A stretch of DNA of 45,288 nt from Candidatus Tectomicrobia bacterium RIFCSPLOWO2_12_FULL_69_37. Its GTDB lineage: Bacteria > UBA8248. Both the position numbers and the translations under genes were made by a program. Where the stretch lies: positions 1 to 45,288 of the forward strand of contig MGDP01000220.1 in assembly GCA_001790955.1 (NCBI GenBank), written 5' to 3'. Of this stretch, positions 18,256-27,680 are shown in pieces; position 1 is the stretch's first letter; every line of letters begins with the position of its first letter. A model generated the notes under the pieces. It was not told the origin of the DNA, did no database searches, and saw nothing but the letters and a program-made list of their open reading frames with translations.

Positions 18256-18351
18256 GTAGGGGCGAACCTTGTGTTCGCCCTGGGTGGGCGTCAGCCCGGA
18301 GAGGGCGATGACGGCTCGGCTGAGCTCGCCGAAGTCAAGCATCGCCCCTAC
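18256..18351. repeat. REP/inverted-REP pair (BIME-like); second REP carries the 24-bp insert (18312-18335)
   Basis: gtaggggcgaaccttgtgttcgccc ... gggcgatga[cggctcggctgagctcgccgaagt]caagcatcgcccctac. Confidence 0.8.
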
Positions 18352-18436
18352 GGAATTCCGCTCCTCCCTCGCGTTTCCATCCCCGCGCGCTTCCCTTAAA
18401 GTGATAGGGCGTAGTCAAGCCCTCTACAGGGAGTAC

Positions 18437-21400
18437 ATGCGCCGCATGCCCCCCCAAGGCTCGCTCAGGGTCGGCCTGGACCACGGCCAAGGATTCGTCC
18501 ACGCCCTCGCGCTCCGCACGGGCGACGGCGCCCTGTTCTCCGCCCTGGCCCCCATCGGCGCCGGGGACCCGGCCCGCGCCTCCGCCCTGGCCATCCAGCG
18601 TCTGCTGGAGCAGGCCGGGGCCGTCCCCGGGGACATCTCCACCCTCATCCACTCCTCCTCCGCCGCGGCGGGCGCCTTCGCGGAGAGAGAGCCGCTCCCC
18701 CTCGGCCTCATCGTGACGGCGGGCTTCCCCCTCCTCCCCCAGTGGGACGGCCGGGCGCCCGGCGAGGGAAGCGGCCTCCCCTTCCACCTGGCCCCCCCCG
18801 GCCGGGCGGTAGAAGTGGGCGGGCGCATGGACCCCGAGGGGAAGGAAATCGCCCCCCTGGACGAGGAGGACGTCCGCGCGGCGGCCGGCCAGTTCCAGGA
18901 GAGGGGGGTGGAGGCGGCGGGGGTATGCCTCCTTCACTCCCCCGCCAACCCCGCCCACGAGGAGAAGGTGCGGGACATCTTCCGCGAGGCCTATCCCGCC
19001 TGCCGCCTCACCCTCTCCTGGGGGATGCCCGGCCGCGAGCAGGCGCGGGCCCGCGCCGCCCTGCTGGACGCCGCCTGCGGCCTCCTCCTCCGCCGGGCGC
19101 TTGGAGAGGCCGCCGTGCGGGCGGCCGAATCCCCCCGGCCGGACACCGCCATCCTTCTCCTCCGCTCGGACGGGAGCGCCATCCCCGCCAGGAAAGGCCT
19201 GGGCCAGCCTCTCGCCTCGGCCCTCTCCGGCCCGGCGGGGGGGCTCTTCGCCGCGGCATCGCTTGCCCGCGCGGCCCGCATCCGGCGGGCCGTCGCCCTC
19301 GACGCCGGGAGCGCCTCCGCCAAGATCTCCCTGATCGAGGACGGCGTCCTCCTCCTCGTCTCCGAGGAGGGGGTGGACGGAGGGACGAAGCTGCCCGGCG
19401 TGGAAGTCGCCTGCCTGCCCGCCGGGGGCTTCACCGCCGCCTGGGGCGCGAAAGGGGCCGCCGGCCTGCGGCCGCGCCGCGTCCCCGGGGAGACGGGGCC
19501 GCTCTGCTACGGGCGGGGCGGAAAGGAGGCCTCCCTCCTCGACGCCCTCTGCGTCCTGGGCTGGCTGCCCGGCGCCCTGGCCGGCGGGACCCTCGCCCTC
19601 GACCGCGCCCTCGCGGAGGAGGGCCTGCGGGCCCTCGGCGCGGGCCCGCCCGAGGCCGCCGCCTGGGAGATTCTCCAGGCCGCCCAGCGGGCCATCGCCG
19701 GGGCCATCCGGGAGGCGACGGCGGGCGCCGGGAAGAATCCGGGCGACTACGCCCTCGTGGCCTACGGCGGGGCGGGCCCCCTCCTGGGGCCGGGCGCGGC
19801 CGCCGAGCTGGGGATGACCGAGGTGGTCGTCCCCCCCCTTCCCGCCTGGTTCGGGGCGGCGGGGCTCCTCGACCCGGACCGCCGGAACGAGTACGCCCGG
19901 CCCCTCGGCCTCACCCTCCGGGAGGAGAGCGCCGGGGAGTTGGACCGGCGCTTCCGGGAGCTGGAGCGGGAGGCGGAAGAGGATCTGGAGACGGCGGGCA
20001 TCCCCCGCGACTCCTGGCTCTTCCTGCGGGCGGCGGACATGCATTACCGAGGCGACCCCTGGCGGATGAGGATCGACTTCCCCCCCGCCGCTTCCTTCTC
20101 CTCTTCCATGGAAGCGGCGATCACGGCCTTCCACGAGGTCTTCCGCTACCAGTACGGCTCCGACCGGAGGGACCGGCTCCCCGTCGAGATCTCGCGGCTG
20201 CGCCTGACCGCGCTGGGCAAGGTGGAGGGCGGCGCCCGCCCCTCGCCTCCCCTGAAGAAGGGCCCCGGGGCCGGGCCCGCTGGGGATCGGGAGGCCTTCG
20301 CCGCGCGGGGAGAGAAGCGCTCCTACGCCATCTACCAGCGCCAGGAGCTCGCGCCGGGGGATCGGATCGAGGGCCCCGCCTTCATCGAGGACGCGGGTTC
20401 GACGGCCTTGCTCCCCCCCCTCTCCTCCGCCGAGGTGGACGCCGCGGGCAACCTGCGCATCCAGCTCCCCTCCCGGGAGGAGGACCCCCGGCTCCTCGAA
20501 GACCTCGTGGCGGGCGCCCTGGCGGGCGCCGAGCGGGAGACGGAAAGCCTCCTGCGGCGCTCGTCGCGGTCGCGCTATGCCGGGGGGATGGGATTGTGCG
20601 GCGCCGCCTTCTTCGACCGCCGGGGGCGGAAGCTGACCGGCCGCCCGGTGGCCGCCTCCGTCCTCCCCCTGATCGAGAGCGGTGCCGCGAAGGACCTCGC
20701 CGCCGACAACCTCCTCTTCTGGAACGACGCCTACCTGGGGGGCTCCCTGGGCCGCCCCGCCGAGGTGTGCTGCTGCGCGGCGGTGCGCCATCGGGGGGAA
20801 CTGGCGGGCTTCTTCCTCCTCTCGGCCCACCACGAGGACTTGGGAGGTGTCTCGGCGGGCAGCTTCTCCGCCACCGCCAGCCAGGCGTTCCAGGAGGGGG
20901 TTATCATCCCCCCCCTCAAGCTCTGGGAGGAGGGAAGGTGGAACGAGACGGCCTTGGGGCTCCTCCTCCGCAACAGCCGCAAGCGGGAGGACCTGGCGGC
21001 CGACCTCGAGGCCCAGGCCGCCGCCGCCCGCCGCGGGGCGGCGAGGATGGCCGAGGCGATGGAGCGCCTGGGGGCCGAATCCTTCCTGGGAGCGATCGAG
21101 GGTCTCCTGGAGCGCTCCCGCCGCTCGGCGGAGGAGGCGCTCGCCGCGCTCCCCGACGGCGCCTGGAGCATGGAGGACCACGTCGAGAGCGACGGCGTGG
21201 ACCCGGGCCGGGTCCACACCTTGCGGCTCAAGCTCTCGAAGGGGAACGGGAGGCTTCGGCTCGACCTGCGGGGCACGGCCTCGCAGGCGCGGGGGCCTAT
21301 CAACTGGCCCGCCCAGCGGGACGGGGGGGCCTTCCTGCGGATGTGGCTCGCTCCCGTCCTCCAGCGCCTCGCCAAGAGCGAAGACGCTTGGAACGAGGGC

Positions 21401-22267
21401 TTCGCCCCGGCCCTCGAAATTCTCTTCCCGGATGCCGGGACCCTCATCACCCCGGCCTTCCCCGCCGCCACCAACATGGGCCTCCTCACCCTCCAGCGGC
21501 TGCGGAGCCTCCTCCTGGGCGCCCTGGGCCTCGCGGCGCGCGGCCGGGCGCCCGCCGACCAGGAGGGCGCCCCGTGGTGGGGGCTCAGGGGGCGGGACCG
21601 GCGGGGCCGGTTCTTCCTCTTCCGCGAGCCCCTGGGCGGCGGCACGGGGGCGGGGACGGAGGGGGACGGGGCGGACGGGGTGCTCCTCTTCCCCGCCGGC
21701 GCGGCCCTCTGGACGGAGGAGACGGAGGAGGAGTTCCCGCTGCGGGTGGAGCGCTTCGCCCTGGCGGAGGACTCGGGCGGCGCGGGGAGGTGGAGGGGCG
21801 GGCTCGGCCTGGTGAAGGACGTCCGCGTGCTCTGCGACTGCGAGGTGTTCGCCCTGGCCGACCGGGCCTTTCTCCCCCCCTGGGGGGTGAACGGGGGCCG
21901 GCCGGGAGGGCGCTTCAGCATCACCTCCAACCCGGGCACCCCGGTGGCGCGCGAGGCGCCCGCCTTCGGCGCCGGGCTCCTCCTCCGGGAGGGGGACCTC
22001 CTCCGCGTCGCGGCCGCGGGCGGGGGCGGCTGGGGCGACCCCGCCGAGCGCGAGCCCGAGCGGGTGCGGGAGGACGTGCTCGCGGGCAAGGTGAGCGCGG
22101 ACCAGGCCCTGCGCCACTACGGCGTGGTGCTGAACCCGGTCACCCAGCGGGTGGACCCCCCGGGCACCTCCGCCTTCCGGCAGTTCATGCGCGCGCGGCG
22201 GGGGCGGCTCCCCTTCTTCGACCGGGGGCCCAACTACACCTCGATCCAGGGCCAGGGCGGGGGTTGA
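18437..22267 (+). CDS. fused hydantoinase A/B (5-oxoprolinase-like) protein with degenerate motifs
   Basis: HyuA-like CLLHS.ANPAHE, SGPAGG, GPLCYGRGG, LVAYGGAGPL, IEGPA; HyuB-like HHEDLGG, FQEG..IPP, DSGGAGRWRGG, GGGGWGDPAER. ATG 18437 follows an agggag RBS. Confidence 0.85.
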   Translation: MRRMPPQGSLRVGLDHGQGFVHALALRTGDGALFSALAPIGAGDPARASALAIQRLLEQAGAVPGDISTLIHSSSAAAGAFAEREPLPLGLIVTAGFPLLPQWDGRAPGEGSGLPFHLAPPGRAVEVGGRMDPEGKEIAPLDEEDVRAAAGQFQERGVEAAGVCLLHSPANPAHEEKVRDIFREAYPACRLTLSWGMPGREQARARAALLDAACGLLLRRALGEAAVRAAESPRPDTAILLLRSDGSAIPARKGLGQPLASALSGPAGGLFAAASLARAARIRRAVALDAGSASAKISLIEDGVLLLVSEEGVDGGTKLPGVEVACLPAGGFTAAWGAKGAAGLRPRRVPGETGPLCYGRGGKEASLLDALCVLGWLPGALAGGTLALDRALAEEGLRALGAGPPEAAAWEILQAAQRAIAGAIREATAGAGKNPGDYALVAYGGAGPLLGPGAAAELGMTEVVVPPLPAWFGAAGLLDPDRRNEYARPLGLTLREESAGELDRRFRELEREAEEDLETAGIPRDSWLFLRAADMHYRGDPWRMRIDFPPAASFSSSMEAAITAFHEVFRYQYGSDRRDRLPVEISRLRLTALGKVEGGARPSPPLKKGPGAGPAGDREAFAARGEKRSYAIYQRQELAPGDRIEGPAFIEDAGSTALLPPLSSAEVDAAGNLRIQLPSREEDPRLLEDLVAGALAGAERETESLLRRSSRSRYAGGMGLCGAAFFDRRGRKLTGRPVAASVLPLIESGAAKDLAADNLLFWNDAYLGGSLGRPAEVCCCAAVRHRGELAGFFLLSAHHEDLGGVSAGSFSATASQAFQEGVIIPPLKLWEEGRWNETALGLLLRNSRKREDLAADLEAQAAAARRGAARMAEAMERLGAESFLGAIEGLLERSRRSAEEALAALPDGAWSMEDHVESDGVDPGRVHTLRLKLSKGNGRLRLDLRGTASQARGPINWPAQRDGGAFLRMWLAPVLQRLAKSEDAWNEGFAPALEILFPDAGTLITPAFPAATNMGLLTLQRLRSLLLGALGLAARGRAPADQEGAPWWGLRGRDRRGRFFLFREPLGGGTGAGTEGDGADGVLLFPAGAALWTEETEEEFPLRVERFALAEDSGGAGRWRGGLGLVKDVRVLCDCEVFALADRAFLPPWGVNGGRPGGRFSITSNPGTPVAREAPAFGAGLLLREGDLLRVAAAGGGGWGDPAEREPERVREDVLAGKVSADQALRHYGVVLNPVTQRVDPPGTSAFRQFMRARRGRLPFFDRGPNYTSIQGQGGG

Positions 22268-22432
22268 GCCAAACGGTCCCGGCTGAGTCATTCTGCCTAC
22301 AGGTCCGGAATCCCTCCTGCCAGTTCGCCACGGGACGGCAATAGCGGCAAAACCTCTCTGGTTTTCCGGTATTCAGTCTCTTATTTTTCAGTAACTTATG
22401 GATCTCTCCCTGAGAAATTTTCTCCTCGCCAT

Positions 22433-22448
22433 CGGCACATGCTTTGCT
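22433..22448 (+). promoter_or_regulatory. putative sigma-54 (-24/-12) promoter of the DASS transporter
   Basis: cGGCACatgctTTGCt matches TGGCAC-N5-TTGCW with exact GG-N10-GC spacing, 53 bp upstream of the ATG; IHF-like site at 22386-22398. Confidence 0.7.
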
Positions 22449-22501
22449 GTCTCTCCCCTTGTCGGCCGAGGTCTGCTCTCGCCGCAGGAAGGAGAACAAC
22501 C

Positions 22502-23992
22502 ATGGCGACTTTCATGGAAAAGGAACCCAAGGTCACCCGGAGGGAACCCTCTCCCCCCGCTCCCTCGATCCCAGAGGAGAAGCCCAGGGACTACCTTTGG
22601 CTCCGCTACTTGATCCCCATCGCGGTCGGGCTGGCGATCTGGTTCTCGCCCGCCCCGGCGGGCGTCAGCGCGAAGGGCTGGCACCTGGTGGCGATCTTCG
22701 TGGCGACCATCGTGGGGATCATCTCCCAGCCCCTGCCCATGGGCGCGGTGGCCATCATCGGCATCGCCCTCTGCGCCCTGACGCGCACCCTCTCCATCGG
22801 CGAATCGCTGAGCGGCTTCGCCGACACCACCATCTGGCTGATCGTGGCGGCCTTCATGTTCGCCCGCGGCTTCATCAAGACTGGCCTGGGGAGCCGGATC
22901 GCCTACCTCTTCATCGCGGCCTTCGGCAAGAAGAGCCTGGGCCTCGGCTACAGCCTCGCGGCCACGGACTTGGTGCTGGCCCCCGCCATGCCGAGCAACA
23001 CCGCCCGCGCGGGGGGCGTGGTCTACCCGGTGCTGCGCTCCATCGCGCGCGCCTACGGGAGCGAGCCCGACAACGGAACGGCCCGCAAGCTCGGCGCCTT
23101 CCTGGTCAAGAACTCCTTCCAGGCCACGATCATCACCAGCGCCATGTTCATGACCGCGATGGCCGCGAACCCGCTCGTGGTCAAGCTGGCGGGGCAGCAG
23201 GGCCTAAAGCTGGACTGGGTGAGCTGGGCCCTGGCGGGGATCGTACCGGGCCTGGCGAGCCTCGCGCTGGTGCCCTGGCTCCTCTACAAGGTCTACCCGC
23301 CTGAGATCAAGGAAACGCCCGGCGCCGTCACGTTCGCGAAGGACAGGCTGCGGGAGATGGGCCCGGTGAAGCCGGGCGAGTGGACGATGATGGGCGTCTT
23401 CACCCTCATCCTGGCGATGTGGATATTCGCTCCGCTGCTGGGCAACCTGAACGCCACCACGACCGCTCTGGCAGGCGTGGCCCTCCTGCTCATCGCGGGG
23501 GTGCTGACCTGGGGCGACGTCGAGATGGAGCGGAAGGCGTGGGACACCCTGATCTGGTTCGCCGCCCTGGTGATGATGGCCAGCTTCCTGGGCAAGCTCG
23601 GGGTCGTCGCCTGGTTCAGCAAGCAGATGGCCAGCAGCGTCAAGGGGCTCGACTGGGTCACCGCGCACATGGTGCTGGTGCTGGTCTACTTCTACGCCCA
23701 CTACATGTTCGCGAGCATGACCGCCCACATCGCGGCCATGTACGCGCCCTTCCTGATGGTCTCCATCGCGGCGGGCACGCCGCCGATGTTCGCGGCCCTG
23801 ACCCTCGCCTTCGCGAGCAGCCTCCACTCCAGCATGACCCACTACGGGACCGGCCCCGCGCCCATGTACTTCGGCTCGGGCTACGTGACGCTGGCCACCT
23901 GGTGGCGGCTGGGGCTGCTGGTCAGCGTGGTCAACATCATCGTCTGGCTGGTGGTCGGCGGCCTATGGTGGAAGGTGCTGGGCTACTGGTAG
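22502..23992 (+). CDS. DASS family dicarboxylate transporter (2-oxoglutarate/malate translocator, CitT/YflS-like)
   Basis: KTGLGSRIAY, PSNTARAGG, TSAMFMTAMAANP, HYMFASMTAH, THYGTGPAP, WWKVLG; aggaga RBS. Confidence 0.93.
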   Translation: MATFMEKEPKVTRREPSPPAPSIPEEKPRDYLWLRYLIPIAVGLAIWFSPAPAGVSAKGWHLVAIFVATIVGIISQPLPMGAVAIIGIALCALTRTLSIGESLSGFADTTIWLIVAAFMFARGFIKTGLGSRIAYLFIAAFGKKSLGLGYSLAATDLVLAPAMPSNTARAGGVVYPVLRSIARAYGSEPDNGTARKLGAFLVKNSFQATIITSAMFMTAMAANPLVVKLAGQQGLKLDWVSWALAGIVPGLASLALVPWLLYKVYPPEIKETPGAVTFAKDRLREMGPVKPGEWTMMGVFTLILAMWIFAPLLGNLNATTTALAGVALLLIAGVLTWGDVEMERKAWDTLIWFAALVMMASFLGKLGVVAWFSKQMASSVKGLDWVTAHMVLVLVYFYAHYMFASMTAHIAAMYAPFLMVSIAAGTPPMFAALTLAFASSLHSSMTHYGTGPAPMYFGSGYVTLATWWRLGLLVSVVNIIVWLVVGGLWWKVLGYW

Positions 23993-24012
23993 GCCGGGCG
24001 GCCTGAGAGAAG

Positions 24013-24048
24013 AACGGCCGGGGGCGCGGGCCCCCGGCCGTTTCATTT
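24013..24048 (+). terminator. intrinsic terminator between the convergent DASS and sdhB genes
   Basis: aacggccgggggc-gcgg-gcccccggccgtt followed by tcattt. Confidence 0.7.
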
Positions 24049-24066
24049 CGCGGCGGCGCGGTTCCG

Positions 24067-24813
24067 CTAGGCCTCCAGCACCGAGGCGCGGATGAACTCG
24101 CGGTTCATCTTCGCGATGTGGCTGATGCTGACCTCCTTGGGGCAGACGGCCTCGCACTCGGTGTGGTTGGTGCAGTTGCCGAAGCCCTCGAGGTCCATCT
24201 GGTGCACCATGCCGAGGACGCGCTGGGCCCGCTCGGGATGGCCCTGGGGCAGGTGGGCCAGGTGGGAGACCTTGGCCGCCACGAAGAGCATGGCCGAGCC
24301 GTTCGGGCAGGAGGCCACGCAGGCGCCGCAGCCGATGCAGGCGGCGGCGTCCATGGCCTTCTCCGCGTCGTCCCGGGGGACGGGGAGGGCGTTGGCGTCG
24401 GGGGCGCCACCCGCGTTGGAGGAGACGAAACCGCCCGCGTGGATGACGCGGTCGAAGGCGGTCCGGTCCACCACCAGGTCGCGGACGACGGGGAAGGCCC
24501 TCGATCGCCAGGGCTCGACCGTGATGACGTCGCCGTCCTTGAAGTGGCGCATGTGGAGCTGGCAGGTGGTGGTGGCGCGGCGGCCGCCGTGGGCCAGGCC
24601 GTTGATGACGAGCGAGCACATGCCGCAGATGCCCTCGCGGCAGTCGTGGTCGAAGGCGACGGGCTCCTCGCCCTTGGCGATCAAGCGCTCGTTCACGACG
24701 TCGAGCATCTCGAGGAAGGACATGTCGGGGCTGATGTCCTTCGCCTCGTAGCTGACGAGGCTCCCCCTCTCCTGGGCGTTCCGCTGCCGCCAGATGCGCA
24801 GGGTCAGGTTCAT
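24067..24813 (-). CDS. sdhB: succinate dehydrogenase/fumarate reductase iron-sulfur subunit
   Basis: [10 protein letters not shown]...TTC [2Fe-2S]; [11 protein letters not shown]; [12 protein letters not shown]. Start [10 protein letters not shown] overlaps the sdhA stop. Confidence 0.95.
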   Translation of the reverse strand: MNLTLRIWRQRNAQERGSLVSYEAKDISPDMSFLEMLDVVNERLIAKGEEPVAFDHDCREGICGMCSLVINGLAHGGRRATTTCQLHMRHFKDGDVITVEPWRSRAFPVVRDLVVDRTAFDRVIHAGGFVSSNAGGAPDANALPVPRDDAEKAMDAAACIGCGACVASCPNGSAMLFVAAKVSHLAHLPQGHPERAQRVLGMVHQMDLEGFGNCTNHTECEAVCPKEVSISHIAKMNREFIRASVLEA

Positions 24814-26726
24814 CACTTGTAGCTCCTCTCGGCAAGATGAACCGTCTCGAACTCGAGAGGCTCCTTCTGGAGGACGGGCTTCTGGCCGGGGCCCTTGTGC
24901 TCCCAGGCGCTCACGAAGCAATAGTCCTTGTCGTTGCGCTTGGCCTCGCCCTCCTCGGTCTGGTACTCGGCCCGGAGGTGGCAGCCGCAGGACTCCTCGC
25001 GGGCGAGGGCGTCGTGGCATATGAGCTCGGCCAGGTCGAGGAAGTCGGCCACCCGGCCGGCCTTTTCGAGCTCGGGGTTGAGCTCCTTGGCGCCGCCCGT
25101 AACCTTGACGTTCTCCCAGAACTCCTCGCGGATGGCCGGGACGATCTCGAGGGCCTTGGTCAGGCCCCCGCGGCTGCGCTCCATGCCGCAGTGCTCCCAC
25201 AAGACCTTGCCCAGCTCGCGGTGGAAGGAGGTCACCGAGCGCTTTCCCTTGACGGAGAGAAGTTTGCGGATGCGCTCCTGGGCCTCCTCCCCGGCCTGCC
25301 GGAACTCGGGGCGGCTCGCGGCGACGGCGCCGTACTTCTGCCCGGCGAGGTAGTTGCTCAGGGTGTAGGGGATGACGAAGTAGCCGTCCGCCAGCCCCTG
25401 CATGAGGGCGCTCGCCCCGAGGCGGTTGGCCCCGTGGTCGGAGAAGTTGGCCTCCCCCAGCACGAACAGGCCGGGGACGTTGCTCATCAGGTCGTAGTCC
25501 ACCCACAGCCCGCCCATGGCGTAGTGGACGGCCGGGTAGATGCGCATGGGCACCTGGTAGGCGTCCTCGCCGGTGATGCGCTCGTACATGTCGAAGAGGT
25601 TGCCGTAGCGCTCGCGGATGACGCCCTCGCCGAGGCGCTTGATGGCGTCCGAGAAGTCGAGATAGACGCCCAGGCCTCCCGGGCCCACTCCCTTCCCCTC
25701 GTCGCACATGCGCTTGGCGGCGCGCGAGGAGACGTCGCGGGCGGCCAGGTTGCCGTAGGCGGGGTAGATCCGCTCGAGGTAGTAGTCGCGGTCCTCCTCG
25801 GGGACCTGCCGGGGGTCCCGCTTGTCCCCCGCCCTCTTGGGCACCCAGATGCGCCCGTCGTTCCGCAGCGACTCGGACATGAGGGTGAGCTTCGACTGGT
25901 GCTCGCCCGTGACGGGGATGCAGGTGGGATGGATCTGGGTGAAGCAGGGGTTGGCGAAGAGCGCCCCCTTGCGGTAGGCGCGGTAGATGGCGGTGACGTT
26001 GTTGCCCATCGCGTTCGTGGAAAGGTAGAACACGGGCGCGTAGCCGCCGGTGGCGAGGACCACGGCGTCGGCGGCGAAGGTCTCGATCGCCCCCGTCACC
26101 AGATCCCGGGTCACGATGCCCTTGGCGTGGCCGTCCACGACGACGAGCTCCTGCATCTCGGTGCGCGGGTGCATCGTGACGGTCTTGGCCGCGATCTGGC
26201 GGCACAACTCCGCGTACACGCCGAGGAGGAGCTGCTGGCCGGTCTGGCCCCGGGCGTAGAAGGTGCGCGACACCTGGGCGCCGCCGAAGGAGCGGTTGGC
26301 GAGCTGGCCGCCGTACTCGCGGGCGAAGGGCACGCCCATGGCGACGCACTGGTCGATGATGGCCGCGCTCAGCTGGGCGAGGCGGTAGACGTTCCCCTCG
26401 CGGGAGCGGAAGTCGCCCCCCTTCATGGTGTCGTAGAAAAGGCGGTAGACGCTGTCGCCGTCGTTCTGGTAGTTCTTCGCGGCGTTGATGCCGCCCTGGG
26501 CCGCGATGCTATGGGCGCGGCGGGGGCTGTCCTGGAAGCAGAAGCAGTCCACCCGGTAGCCCATCTCGCCCAGGGTGGCCGCGGCGGCCCCGCCGGCCAG
26601 GCCCGAACCCACCACGATGACCCGGTAGCGCCGCTTGTTGGCGGGGTTGACCAGCCGCATCTCGTTGCGGCGCTTGTCCCACTTCGACTCGATGGGCCCG
26701 GAGGGGACTTTGGATTCGAGCTTCAT
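24813..26726 (-). CDS. sdhA: succinate dehydrogenase/fumarate reductase flavoprotein subunit
   Basis: [19 protein letters not shown] (covalent FAD His), [33 protein letters not shown]. Confidence 0.96.
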   Translation of the reverse strand: MKLESKVPSGPIESKWDKRRNEMRLVNPANKRRYRVIVVGSGLAGGAAAATLGEMGYRVDCFCFQDSPRRAHSIAAQGGINAAKNYQNDGDSVYRLFYDTMKGGDFRSREGNVYRLAQLSAAIIDQCVAMGVPFAREYGGQLANRSFGGAQVSRTFYARGQTGQQLLLGVYAELCRQIAAKTVTMHPRTEMQELVVVDGHAKGIVTRDLVTGAIETFAADAVVLATGGYAPVFYLSTNAMGNNVTAIYRAYRKGALFANPCFTQIHPTCIPVTGEHQSKLTLMSESLRNDGRIWVPKRAGDKRDPRQVPEEDRDYYLERIYPAYGNLAARDVSSRAAKRMCDEGKGVGPGGLGVYLDFSDAIKRLGEGVIRERYGNLFDMYERITGEDAYQVPMRIYPAVHYAMGGLWVDYDLMSNVPGLFVLGEANFSDHGANRLGASALMQGLADGYFVIPYTLSNYLAGQKYGAVAASRPEFRQAGEEAQERIRKLLSVKGKRSVTSFHRELGKVLWEHCGMERSRGGLTKALEIVPAIREEFWENVKVTGGAKELNPELEKAGRVADFLDLAELICHDALAREESCGCHLRAEYQTEEGEAKRNDKDYCFVSAWEHKGPGQKPVLQKEPLEFETVHLAERSYK

Positions 26727-26738
26727 GTCAGCCTCCTC

Positions 26739-27416
26739 CTATTTCACGAGCCCGGCCAGGACCGCCAGGGGGATGGAGATGTAGCCGATCGCGATGACGA
26801 CGCCGGCCACGGGCCCCACCCTCTTGAAGCAGGGGTTGTAGGCCGGATGGTTGAGGCCCACCGTCTGGAAGAAGCTCGTGAGGCCGTGGCTGAGGTGGAA
26901 CCCGAGGAGAATCATCGCCACGATGTAGACGCCCGAGACCGCCGCGTTCGAGAAGCCGAGGACCATCATCCGGTACACGTCCGGCAGGCCCTTCGGATCC
27001 ATCAGCTTGAGGTACTCGGGGTTCGTCGCCCCGAGGGTGAAGTGCATGAGGTGGTAGACGACGTAGGCGAGGATCAGGAGGCCGCTCATGACGATGGTGC
27101 GGCCGGCGTAGGTGGTCACGAGATGGGCCTCGACGGCGTAGGGCTCGGGCCGGGCGGCCCGGTTCAGCCGCCAGAGCCGGAGCGCCGAGCCCACGTGGGC
27201 CAGGAAGACGACCAGGAGCACGACGCGGACCACCCACAGGAGGGCGCCCAGGTCGCGGAGCTTGTGGGCGTAGCCGTTGAGGGAGTCCCGGCCGGCGAAC
27301 ACGAGGAGGTTCCCCAGCAAGTGGCCGATCACGAAGCCGAACAGGAGGAGGCCGGTGACGGCCATCACCTGCTTGGCCCCGATGGAGGTCTGGCACAACC
27401 GCGCGAACCGGCTCAT
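26739..27416 (-). CDS. sdhC: succinate dehydrogenase cytochrome b subunit (single large anchor, b558 type)
   Basis: SIGAKQVMAVTG, HLLGNL, YHLMHF, HLSHG; about five TM helices; first gene of the CAB operon with RBS before MSRF. Confidence 0.9.
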   Translation of the reverse strand: MSRFARLCQTSIGAKQVMAVTGLLLFGFVIGHLLGNLLVFAGRDSLNGYAHKLRDLGALLWVVRVVLLVVFLAHVGSALRLWRLNRAARPEPYAVEAHLVTTYAGRTIVMSGLLILAYVVYHLMHFTLGATNPEYLKLMDPKGLPDVYRMMVLGFSNAAVSGVYIVAMILLGFHLSHGLTSFFQTVGLNHPAYNPCFKRVGPVAGVVIAIGYISIPLAVLAGLVK

Positions 27417-27680
27417 CCCCTCCCTCCCTCGGCCGAGAAGAATCCAGCGAAGGCGCCCACAGAGCCCACGGCGGGCCAATGTAATCCCAGCCACCCGAGC
27501 GGTCAACCGCGGGAGCCCTCTCCGGCCCGTGTCCACGATGGGCCGTCATGCACCCGCGAGAAACGGGTTGCCCTCTCCAACCCAGGGTAGTACTATCTTT
27601 TTAGTTGGCTCTCCCGTTTTGATACCAAGGAAAGGCTCGGTCTTCCGGCCTCACCGGCAGCCAAGGGGGATTTCTGCGCC

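Noticed and set aside
18269-18436. N-terminal extension of the hydantoinase ORF (MCSPWVG...ARLSSPKS)
   Set aside because: Runs through the REP doublet; it is translated repeat sequence, not a domain.
18335-22291. 1318-aa minus-strand ORF and 1200-aa alternate-frame ORF over the hydantoinase gene
   Set aside because: No recognisable motifs and Pro/Arg/Gly-rich; typical stop-poor shadow frames of high-GC coding DNA.
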